DNA from: Leptolyngbyaceae cyanobacterium
GTDB taxonomy: Bacteria > Cyanobacteriota > Cyanobacteriia > Phormidesmidales > Phormidesmidaceae
DNA length: 64,000 nt
Assembly: GCA_965263355.1 (NCBI GenBank)
Contig: CBDHHL010000032.1
Span: 2,656,001 to 2,720,000 of the forward strand
Direction: 5' to 3'
Shown here: positions 39,551 to 48,055 of the stretch, one piece after another
How the letters are laid out: the number at the start of each line of letters is the position of its first letter
How positions within the stretch are numbered: the first letter of the stretch is position 1
Translations under genes and position numbers: made by a program
The notes under the pieces: generated by a model
Database searches by the model: none
Told to the model about the DNA's origin: nothing
The model's input: only the letters and a program-made list of their open reading frames with translations

Positions 39551-39724
39551 ATGCGTAACAACCAAGTAAAATCTCAGCCACAAGCCGCAGTTCGGATTAC
39601 ACAAACTACCTCCCAGCCCCTCTGGCAGTCCTTGACCAATGCCCAGCAGGAAGTGACTAAAGGTGGATATCGTAGTCGCGGCGGCCTTGGACGCATTGAC
39701 ATTTTGGGTGGTTTTCCATGGTGA
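39551..39724 (+). CDS. Double-glycine-leader peptide precursor 1 (57 aa)
   Basis: MRNNQVKSQPQAAVRITQTTSQPLWQSLTNAQQEVTKGG|YRSRGGLGRIDILGGFPW. Confidence 0.8.
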   Translation: MRNNQVKSQPQAAVRITQTTSQPLWQSLTNAQQEVTKGGYRSRGGLGRIDILGGFPW

Positions 39725-39941
39725 TAGTGCATTAGAGGTAAGGATACGAATAGGAGGCCAATAGGGATTTAGGCATAGATATCTTTACCCTTTAAGGACT
39801 ACCGAAGTTTGTTTTCAGGTATGCGGCGATAATTAAGCACAGGTCTGAACCGTTGAGATGTTTACCTGGTGGTTTGTGGGCTAATGGCGTTGGCCGCCTG
39901 CGCATACCCTCTATAGGTCGTGTAGTTACCCAGCAGCATTA

Positions 39942-39980
39942 CAGTAGCGGTTGTGTGGACTTTCCACACGACCGCTACTG
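39942..39980 (+). other. 17-bp stem hairpin in the conserved downstream element (copy 1)
   Basis: CAGTAGCGGTTGTGTGG-ACTTT-CCACACGACCGCTACTG with one G-U pair, followed by TTTGTT. Confidence 0.75.
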
Positions 39981-40378
39981 TTTGTTAGTCCATGGTTTAG
40001 CCAGGGCACGTCGAGCAAAAGTAGAAGAATATTCATCAGAATGGGTGAATTGGCAGATGTTCAGCGTTGACCGTACGCCCTCCCAACAGAGAAACGCCAT
40101 CGCGTAAAATCACTTAATTTTTTTTGCGTACTAACACTCGCTTTAACTTATTCGGCAATTTGCTCTATTTCCACACCTGAACTTCACACACGAAATCCAC
40201 AATTTCCTGGGTGATTTTGCAGTTATTCATTGCCTTAATAGAACCAGGCAAGCGATTAGATTCAGTGAGTCTAGTGATTAAGTTATTGCCTAAGGCAGTA
40301 ATGCATTGCCCAACAGTTCGTTTGCTAGTCCTTTAGGGACATACATTCATTTTTCCGTCACTTATCAGGTTTTCTTCC

Positions 40379-40543
40379 ATGCGTAACAACCAAGTAAAAT
40401 CTCAGCCACAAACCACCGTTCAGACTACAGAAACAACTTCCCAGCCCCTCTGGCAGCCCCTGAGCAATGCTCAGCAGGAAGTTACTAAGGGTGGGTATCG
40501 TGGCCATGGCCGCCGTCCCTCCCCTCTACGTCCCGGTGGTTAA
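40379..40543 (+). CDS. Double-glycine-leader peptide precursor 2 (54 aa)
   Basis: MRNNQVKSQPQTTVQTTETTSQPLWQPLSNAQQEVTKGG|YRGHGRRPSPLRPGG. Confidence 0.8.
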   Translation: MRNNQVKSQPQTTVQTTETTSQPLWQPLSNAQQEVTKGGYRGHGRRPSPLRPGG

Positions 40544-40594
40544 GTAACCTGCTGCATACGTCCATTCCTCTGTACATTTACCAGGTTTTCTTCC

Positions 40595-40765
40595 ATGGGG
40601 AAAAATCAAACAAAATATCAGCCACAAGTCGCAGCTCAGATTACACAAACTACCTCCCAGCCCCTCTGGCAGCCCCTGAGTAATGCTCAGCAAGAAGCAG
40701 CCACTAAAGGTGGATACCGTAGCCGTGTTTTCGGAGCTGGTGCACGCATTACAAGCTGGTTTTAA
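40595..40765 (+). CDS. Double-glycine-leader peptide precursor 3 (56 aa)
   Basis: MGKNQTKYQPQVAAQITQTTSQPLWQPLSNAQQEAATKGG|YRSRVFGAGARITSWF. Confidence 0.8.
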   Translation: MGKNQTKYQPQVAAQITQTTSQPLWQPLSNAQQEAATKGGYRSRVFGAGARITSWF

Positions 40766-40888
40766 GGTATACGACGGTAATTAAACACAGGTCTGCATCG
40801 TCGAGATGCTTACCTGATGGTTTGTGGGCTAATGGCGTGGCCACCTGCGTATACCCTCTATGGATCGTGTAGTTACCTAGCCGCAGTG

Positions 40889-40927
40889 CAGTAGCGGTCG
40901 TGTGGACTTTCCACACGACCGCTACTG
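40889..40927 (+). other. 17-bp perfect stem hairpin in the conserved downstream element (copy 2)
   Basis: CAGTAGCGGTCGTGTGG-ACTTT-CCACACGACCGCTACTG. Confidence 0.75.
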
Positions 40928-40998
40928 TCTGTTAGTCCATGGTTTAGCCAGGGCACGTTGAGCCAAAGTATTTGCTTAACTATTAAGCTTGATAGATC

Positions 40999-43713
40999 AT
41001 GTCATTCTGCCAAACATATACTGCGTGGAGGGCGTACCTAGGTTGTCTGGTTATAATGGCGATAGCTACACCAGGCTACGCTCAAGTCAGCCAGGTCATA
41101 GGCGATGGCACCGTCAATACATTGGTCAATGGAAACCTTTCCACTGCCTGCGCCAGTGGGCTCTGTACCGTTACCGGCGGTACCCAGGTTAATGACAGCC
41201 TCTTCCACAGTTTTGATCAATTTTCACTCCAGACAGGTGATGAGGCTCGGTTTGACAATACCGGTATCGACACCATTTTTAGTCGGGTAACTGGCGGGGG
41301 TTCATTCATTGATGGCATCATCAGCACCACCGCCACCACACCCACGGATATTTTTCTTCTCAATCCCCAGGGTGTTCTTTTTGGTGCCAATGCCACCCTG
41401 AATATCAATGGTTCTTTTTTTACCAGCACCGCCGATAGTATCGTTTTTGATAACGGCGCTACATTTAGCGCTAGCGCCCCCACTCAGCTAGGCGGTCTCT
41501 TAAGCATTAGCACCCCCATCGGCCTACAGTACGGCACCAATCCAGGGGCCATTGACATCCAGGGACCTGGACACCAGCTTCAGTTATTTCCCTCGCTTGA
41601 ATTTGATCGGACGAATCGCCCGGACGGCCTCAGACTAAACAGTGGCGAAACCCTGGCTCTTTTTGGGGGTCCCATTATCTTTAATGGAGGCAACGTGACT
41701 GTCGCTGGCGGGCATGTGGAACTGGCCAGTGCCGACAGCAACAGTTTCATTGGCCTGACAAAACCATCGGGTAATTGGGAATTTGACTATACCCAGGCGA
41801 GTTTGCAAGATATTGCCCTCGCTAATGCCAGCTCTATTGATGTGAGTGCAGTGGATGGGGGCTCGATTGGTGTGCGGGCAGACGCTCTATCCCTGGTAGA
41901 TGGCTCTGTGATGGTGGCCAATTTGCTGGGAACCGGTACCGGGGGAGGCATCACCGTTGAAACTGAGAGTCTTTTAGTGCGCGATCGCAGCGGCGATGTC
42001 AAAAGTGGTCTCTACAGCGATGTGGAGTTTCTGGCTACTGGCCAGGGCGGTCCCCTCGACATACAGACCCAACAGTTGACTGTTCTCAATGCCGGTGAAC
42101 TCTCCGCCAATACCTACTGGGACGGCAGCGCAGGCAACGTTACGGTAAACGCCAATGCCATCACCATGACCGGGGACAGTTTTATCGTTTCATTTGGTGA
42201 TTTTTTTGCATCAGGCAATACGGGCGATGTCACTGTGACGGCCAACACCATTGACTTGAGGGATGGGGCCCAGATTGCCACCACAAACTTTGGTGCCGGT
42301 AATACCGGTGTTATGCGAGTCAGTGCAGACCAATTATTTTTTCAAGGGGTGGGAGCCGATGGCTTCACCCAAAGTGGATTAGAGTCTTTCGGAGAGATCA
42401 GCAACGGTGGCACCATTCTTGTCAATGCCGAGACTATTCAGCTAGTCGATGGTGGTTTTATATCAGCCAGTACTGTTGGGAGCGCATCTGGCGGAGATAT
42501 CACCGTTAGTGCCAATAGCTTAGAAGCCACCGGAGGAACACTTGATGGTAGTCCCAGCGGTGTTTTCAGCACCGTATTTCCAGATGCTACTGGAGATGGC
42601 GGTAGTCTGTTCCTGCTGGTTGACCAGCTGAGCCTGGCTGATGGTGCAGGTATTAATGTGAGCACCTTTGGTGATGGGAATGCAGGCAACTTGGCTATTC
42701 GCTCTCAAACAATCGATCTGGCGGGTGTGGCGTTCAATGGACGTACAGCCATAGGTTCTAACGCCATTCTGGGAACTGGGGACGGCGGCAATATTGACAT
42801 TCAAGCCGACCAGGTTAATATTCGCGACGGTGCAACAGTTACCGTTGGTAATTTTCAAACCCTAGGTGTTTTATCTCCAGGCCAGGGGGCTCCTGGCAAC
42901 ATCACCATTGCGGCCAATGGGCTGGCCTTGAATAACGACGCCACGATTGTTGCTGATACCTTTTCGGCTGACAACAGCCTCGGTAATATTGTGCTGGATT
43001 TGGACACCCTCACCCTGCAGCAGGGCAGTCGCATTAGCACCAACGCCCAGGGCAGCTCCACCGGGGGCAACATCACAATCAATGCCATCGCGCTAGTTGC
43101 CAGGGAGAATAGCGATATTTCTGCCAATGCGCAGCAAGGTATCGGCGGTCGGATTGTGGTTAATGCCAATCAGATTCTGGGGACCGAATTTCGTCCTCGA
43201 CTTACCCCAGAAAGTGACATTACCGCCAGTTCCGATCTGGGTCCCAGCTTTGGCGGCACTGTTGAACTCAACACCTCTTACATAGAACCTATCCAGGGTA
43301 TCGCCACCCTACCAACCGATACGGTAGACAGAGAGCAACAGGTAGCCCGTCAATGCTCTGCTGAGGTTAATTCCCTTGTGATTAGCGGTCAGGGTGGCCT
43401 TGCAAAAGACCCGACCCAACCCCTGCAAGGAAACACTATTTGGAATGATTTACGACTAACTCTTTCAGCACCATTATCCCGGAACCACACGTTACCAGAA
43501 TCAATTTTGACTGGTGAAATGTACGGCGGTGATATGGCTGACACCGAACATCACTTGCAAGCTCAGCCCCGTATCTCCCCAGGGAGTAATCTTGTAGAGG
43601 CACAGGCAGTCGATATCGAAAACGGCCAGGTTCGACTCCTCGCAATGTCGCCTGTGGCAGCAAATTTGCTAAATCCGGAAACATGTAGCGTCGCACCATC
43701 TACAACAACTTAA
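40999..43713 (+). CDS. Filamentous hemagglutinin N-terminal (TPS) domain beta-helical exoprotein
   Basis: Signal peptide; LFHSFDQF, IFSRVTGG..S.IDG, FLLNPQG.LFG.NA.L; G/N-rich repeats; NSDISANA..G.GG, SDITASS. Confidence 0.92.
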   Translation: MSFCQTYTAWRAYLGCLVIMAIATPGYAQVSQVIGDGTVNTLVNGNLSTACASGLCTVTGGTQVNDSLFHSFDQFSLQTGDEARFDNTGIDTIFSRVTGGGSFIDGIISTTATTPTDIFLLNPQGVLFGANATLNINGSFFTSTADSIVFDNGATFSASAPTQLGGLLSISTPIGLQYGTNPGAIDIQGPGHQLQLFPSLEFDRTNRPDGLRLNSGETLALFGGPIIFNGGNVTVAGGHVELASADSNSFIGLTKPSGNWEFDYTQASLQDIALANASSIDVSAVDGGSIGVRADALSLVDGSVMVANLLGTGTGGGITVETESLLVRDRSGDVKSGLYSDVEFLATGQGGPLDIQTQQLTVLNAGELSANTYWDGSAGNVTVNANAITMTGDSFIVSFGDFFASGNTGDVTVTANTIDLRDGAQIATTNFGAGNTGVMRVSADQLFFQGVGADGFTQSGLESFGEISNGGTILVNAETIQLVDGGFISASTVGSASGGDITVSANSLEATGGTLDGSPSGVFSTVFPDATGDGGSLFLLVDQLSLADGAGINVSTFGDGNAGNLAIRSQTIDLAGVAFNGRTAIGSNAILGTGDGGNIDIQADQVNIRDGATVTVGNFQTLGVLSPGQGAPGNITIAANGLALNNDATIVADTFSADNSLGNIVLDLDTLTLQQGSRISTNAQGSSTGGNITINAIALVARENSDISANAQQGIGGRIVVNANQILGTEFRPRLTPESDITASSDLGPSFGGTVELNTSYIEPIQGIATLPTDTVDREQQVARQCSAEVNSLVISGQGGLAKDPTQPLQGNTIWNDLRLTLSAPLSRNHTLPESILTGEMYGGDMADTEHHLQAQPRISPGSNLVEAQAVDIENGQVRLLAMSPVAANLLNPETCSVAPSTTT

Positions 43714-43991
43714 TTTCCCCTATGGCTGTGCCCCACTGGGGTGAACCCATTAATTGCCCATTAACCACTCATCCCATAAAAAACCGATGTCAGTTCAGGG
43801 GGCATCAGGACCGCAGCCTGGCTCTTAGAAAAGTCTGCTAACGCTTCCCAGGCCGTCCCCATGAGCTGATTGGGCTGGAGATCGCCAATGGCTTGCCTAG
43901 GCTGCCCGTTTGGGCGAGGCGGAGCCTTCTGGGATTGGTCCAGGCGGAGCCTGGGCCTTGGAGGATTGGGGAATGGCCGGTGATGGCGTTC

Positions 43992-44125
43992 AAGTATTCG
44001 TGTTATCCCAATTAGGCAAACTGGGGTTTCCCCCTGGTTAGGGCCGGGACGCCGCCCTAAGACCCAGCGTACTGGGTTATCTCTAATGGCATTCAGTTTT
44101 GGGCTACGGCGAGGTCGATTATCAG
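43992..44125 (+). repeat. Dispersed repeat family R1, copy C
   Basis: First 42 bp identical to copy A; remainder closer to copy B. Confidence 0.85.
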
Positions 44126-44225
44126 TGTTTTGGATCTATTTCTGCGAAAGATTTAGCATGTAAAACCCAAATCGCGAAGTTGTTTATTAATGATTTCTAA
44201 CAATGCTCTAATTAACCACAACTCC

Positions 44226-44984
44226 CTACCGCACCATTGCCTCAAACTTCTCTTCCCATTTCTCATGATTTAACTTTGCCTCCTGAACAATCGACGACGA
44301 AGTAATCATCCTGTTAACCGCCCAATTCAATAAAGAAACCGGAAAATTCAACGGGCGAGCAATATCTAAAAACAAAACCACACGATAACTATCCGTGTTG
44401 TTCCACACCTCATGATAAAAAGTGTCATCAAAGATCAAACTTTTCCCTTCTTCCCAATAAGCAGTTTGACCATCCACCTGAATCCAACATTTCTCTTTCG
44501 GCTCCGGCACAATCAAACCAAGGTGATAGCGAATCACCCCCTTATGCTTGCCCCGATGTTTTGGAATATGTTTACCAGGGGCCAGAATCGAAAAAAATGC
44601 AACCTTAAGCCCTGGAATTTCCTTTAGTAGCTGAGTTGTCTTAGGACAACGCTCACAATTTTTAGTCGCCTCAAAGCCAAAGGCACAAAAGAAGTAAGTT
44701 TTCCAGAGATTGTCATTACTAATCTTGTACTGTCGTTTAGAAATATCCTGGAAGTTCGGCAACTCATCAACAGATTCCATGACCTGCTCTAGTTCCTGGC
44801 GAATCACTGACCAGTTTGTTTCCAACTTAGACACCCAGGGGAATTGGGACTGATCAAAAAAAACAGTATCCCCCACTTTAGACTGTTGAGCAATTAAATT
44901 CTCTAACCAGCCCGTTTTAATAACTAGCTGTTCTAGCTTTTTGACGGTGAAATTAACAACGTTATTCGTTAGTGAATTGGTCAT
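44226..44984 (-). CDS. Aspartyl/asparaginyl beta-hydroxylase (LpxO-like 2OG-Fe dioxygenase)
   Basis: AFFSILAPGKHIPKHRG..KGVIRYHLGL, FDDTFYHEVWN, RVVLFLD. Confidence 0.92.
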   Translation of the reverse strand: MTNSLTNNVVNFTVKKLEQLVIKTGWLENLIAQQSKVGDTVFFDQSQFPWVSKLETNWSVIRQELEQVMESVDELPNFQDISKRQYKISNDNLWKTYFFCAFGFEATKNCERCPKTTQLLKEIPGLKVAFFSILAPGKHIPKHRGKHKGVIRYHLGLIVPEPKEKCWIQVDGQTAYWEEGKSLIFDDTFYHEVWNNTDSYRVVLFLDIARPLNFPVSLLNWAVNRMITSSSIVQEAKLNHEKWEEKFEAMVR

Positions 44985-45031
44985 GATAGCGGCAGTGATC
45001 AAATTGCTCCAGAGCAAAGGTATTTATACAA

Positions 45032-45104
45032 TAAACCACGTCCAAGGTGAAACCTGCGGATGCTTCACCAGAAAAACCACCATTCTGGCCGTGGGCAAGG
45101 GGTA
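45032..45104 (-). mobile_element. 73-bp element family R3
   Basis: TAAACCACGTCC...GGCCGTGGGCAAGGGGTA; homologous to 49527-49599 and 52588-52660. Confidence 0.75.
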
Positions 45105-45107
45105 AGC

Positions 45108-46796
45108 CTAGGGTTCAGCGTAAGTCAAATGCTGAATGACTTCGACATCCTTGAGCAGGGTGCGATCGCTACTAATGTGCGCTAACTTTGCCATGGACAC
45201 ATCATTGGCACCCTGGCTTACTTTCCGTTGACGTAAGCCTGCAAAGCTCCCCGATTTCAGGACATTTAGTGCAGGTGGGGCAATATCTTTTCTGGCCCGT
45301 TGCCCCCCATAATTAGCATTGGCCTCCTGTAGACGCTGGTCAAAGTCAGTCAGTAACTGCTGCGGATTTGTCAAGGCCTCATGGAGGGGTAACTCGATAT
45401 TCAATATATAGTATGGAGCAATAATATTATCCGAAAGCGTAATGCAAAACCCTTCCAGGTTCAGGGCATAGGCCGCTTGCAGCGCAGTCATCACTTGAAT
45501 CGCATGATATTCCGTAGTTTTCTCAGTAATGGCCGATAATGTGCCGCCTTGCCGATACCGAAATACAACGAGAGGAACGGTTTCATAAAAACCCACTACC
45601 TCAATCACATCGCCGATATTGTAACGGTAAAACCCTGAATAGTTGGTGATTAACAGCTGATAAAACCCACCCACTTTAACCTCATGGGGCAAGAGCGTCT
45701 TGGGACTAGTCGCATCCCACTGATCGGTGGGAATAAACTCAATAAAATTACTCTCGATGGCCAGGATTGTTCCATCTGTATTAAACTCATGATGAATGCC
45801 AATGACTGCTTCAGCAGCGGCATAGGTCCCCCCAAAAATGGGACAATCACCAAAGTACTCTGGAAATTTCTCAAAGTAAAAATCAGAGGGGCCTCCCCGA
45901 GCTGTGATTAATAGTTCTAAATGGGGCCACACCCGTTGGGGCCGCAGACAGCCATCAGATTTTAGAATATGTCGCAGTTGCTCAGCTCGTTTGGGAGCAG
46001 CGGTCAACATTCGTTGAAGGTTTGCCCGTCGCTCGGTTTCGATGGCAAGCCAGGCCGGAATTTCACCACAGGCTAAGGCTTTGATCAGGCAGTCTCCATA
46101 GGTTTCCAAATACACACCAAGCTGGAGTAGATGGATGGGAAATAGTCCAGAAATAATCCGTAAATTAGGATTCCGCAGGGCAAACAGCAGCGACAGGTAA
46201 TGACGCGCTAAGGTATCTGCCACTAGCAGCACTTCAAAGGGCTGCACATTGATCACTTGGGTGAGCCAATTCCGACTTGAGCGCTGATGATTACTACTGG
46301 TATGGCCATAGATAATGCCGCCACTGGTACGACCCTTGGGTTTTGCCGAAGCGGTGAAGAGCATTTGCCCCAGGGAAAATTTCTTACGCCGAGCCGCCGC
46401 TAGGAAAAAGCACGTTGCAATTTGATTGGCCTGGGCACGTTTTTGTTGCGATCGCACTGTAATGGGGATCAGTTTTTGTTTACCCGTTGAACCGCTGCTG
46501 AAATTAATATAGATAACCGGGTCAGGGCTAATCACATTAGTTTCCCCGGCGGCTACTCGCTCAAAGTAGTGCTCATAGTGGCCATAGGAGGACGGCGGAA
46601 CCTGGTTACGAAACTGGTCCACTGTGGTTATGGCGGTTAAGTTTAGCGACTGACCTAGCTTGGTTCCTTGATGGTCATGGATGAGGGATTGTAGAAATTT
46701 TTCCTGAATTGCAGTCATCTGATGTAGCTTGCGATTAAACGCTATCGTTTGCAAACGAGTCGCAGACTCCACCAAGGGCAATACAAGATTGATCAT
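45108..46796 (-). CDS. GH3 family acyl-adenylate-forming (acyl-amido synthetase-like) protein
   Basis: SSGSTGKQKLIP P-loop, YAAAEA.IG, FIEFIP, TNYSGFYRYNIGDVI. Confidence 0.92.
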   Translation of the reverse strand: MINLVLPLVESATRLQTIAFNRKLHQMTAIQEKFLQSLIHDHQGTKLGQSLNLTAITTVDQFRNQVPPSSYGHYEHYFERVAAGETNVISPDPVIYINFSSGSTGKQKLIPITVRSQQKRAQANQIATCFFLAAARRKKFSLGQMLFTASAKPKGRTSGGIIYGHTSSNHQRSSRNWLTQVINVQPFEVLLVADTLARHYLSLLFALRNPNLRIISGLFPIHLLQLGVYLETYGDCLIKALACGEIPAWLAIETERRANLQRMLTAAPKRAEQLRHILKSDGCLRPQRVWPHLELLITARGGPSDFYFEKFPEYFGDCPIFGGTYAAAEAVIGIHHEFNTDGTILAIESNFIEFIPTDQWDATSPKTLLPHEVKVGGFYQLLITNYSGFYRYNIGDVIEVVGFYETVPLVVFRYRQGGTLSAITEKTTEYHAIQVMTALQAAYALNLEGFCITLSDNIIAPYYILNIELPLHEALTNPQQLLTDFDQRLQEANANYGGQRARKDIAPPALNVLKSGSFAGLRQRKVSQGANDVSMAKLAHISSDRTLLKDVEVIQHLTYAEP

Positions 46797-47032
46797 TACA
46801 TTATGTTAAATAGGCCTGATTGAAGCATAGCCGTAAAGAGAGGAAAAAAATAGACGCCTTTAGTAGACGCCTCTATGGAATTCTCCCACTGATAGCCATA
46901 GACGGTGAACACAGATAAACTACAGTCTTTAGTTATCACGACAAAATATGTTTACTACTCAATGGGCTTATTAAAAATTAAGCTCATGGTTTTAGGTGAT
47001 AGTTTGAACAACTGGTGTGGAGTTTAAAGCTA

Positions 47033-47093
47033 TTGCTTGGGGTCCCTACGTGTTCCCTTTCCGGATGCACTTAAGTTATCTCTTTTAGGCAAA
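47033..47093 (+). repeat. Dispersed repeat family R1, copy D (5' part only)
   Basis: TTGCTTGGGGTCCCTACGTGTTCCCTTTCCGGATGCACTTAAGTTATCTCTTTTAGGCAAA. Confidence 0.8.
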
Positions 47094-47575
47094 TCATGAG
47101 GTTATTGCTTAACGGGGACAATAACAATATTGTTGACTCCGATTATTGGCACATTAAAATTGTGAAATTCTAAAATCTTTGGCTGCCATCAATACTGAGA
47201 TATTTCTTACTTGTCATACTGAGGCATCTTTTTCTGGCCATGGCTATTATGGGGGTTATATTTAATTATAGTGTTAAGCTTTAATTAAACAGTCTTAAAC
47301 AGAAAAAGTTACTTCATTAACGAAGTTTCTGATTGACTCAGGTGTATCAAAATAAAATTCACATCAGGTGCGATTCTATATCTGACTATTAAAAATTTTC
47401 TTACTATCAAGGCATCAAATATATCCGGATAATTATCGATAACCTTTTCTCACCCTCTTTCCGACTTTCGAATTCTGAAGCTATCTGACTCATCATTTTT
47501 TCAGCAACTCATCAGGTTCATTTCATATGAGCGAAATAGCTTGGAACTATATCGCGACGTCCTTCGGAAGTTCTT

Positions 47576-48055
47576 ATGAAACCCTATTGGCTTCCTCTCC
47601 TAGTTTTAGGTACTCACTTGAGTGTCTTTACGCCTAGCGCTTTGGCTGTTGAATCCGAGACCATTGCTAAACCTGTAACAAATGTCGAGACATCACAGAC
47701 AGGCTTTAATAAATGGGAAGACCCTTGGCAAAGTGAACTGGATGCTGATACCTCTTTAGAAAAAGGGTTTCATCGTCGCAGAAGACGGCGTAGTGGCTTA
47801 CGCCACAGGGACCGTAACAGAAGATTACGTTACAGGACAGGTCGAGCACAGGTTATCATTATCCGCAGAGGTGACCGTCATGATGTATTCCGCCAGGGTG
47901 AATTTCGGCGAGGTGATATTTTCTTCCGGAATGATCCATTCCGTTCTGACAGATTTCATCGTGATTCTTTCAGACGCAATCGCCTCCGCCATAATCGTTT
48001 CTATGATGACAGATTTGATTATGATGGATTTCGCCTCATTATTAGAGGTGACTGA
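47576..48055 (+). CDS. Secreted Arg/Asp/Phe-rich hypothetical protein
   Basis: Signal peptide ending ALA; acidic linker; low-complexity Arg-rich C-terminus. Confidence 0.7.
   Translation: MKPYWLPLLVLGTHLSVFTPSALAVESETIAKPVTNVETSQTGFNKWEDPWQSELDADTSLEKGFHRRRRRRSGLRHRDRNRRLRYRTGRAQVIIIRRGDRHDVFRQGEFRRGDIFFRNDPFRSDRFHRDSFRRNRLRHNRFYDDRFDYDGFRLIIRGD

Larger units (their letters stand above)
39089..40970 (+). repeat. Tandem duplication of a ~0.9 kb unit (unit 1 39089-40023, unit 2 40066-40970)
   Basis: 39089-39303 reads identical to 40066-40280; 39830-40023 is homologous to 40778-40970; peptide ORFs lie in between. Confidence 0.92.

Noticed and set aside
39853..40107. 84-aa ORF across the cassette junction
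   Set aside because: Spans the hairpin element and the unit boundary; the frame is broken by an indel in the second copy
39551..40765. Peptide ORFs as type I toxins, or as lanthipeptide or cyanobactin precursors
   Set aside because: No hydrophobic TM helix, no Cys in the cores, no cyanobactin recognition sequences, and no cognate enzymes recognised nearby
43760..43990. Open minus-strand frame without a start codon, with AGGCGGAGCCT repeated twice
   Set aside because: No recognisable family and no start; cannot be supported as a gene
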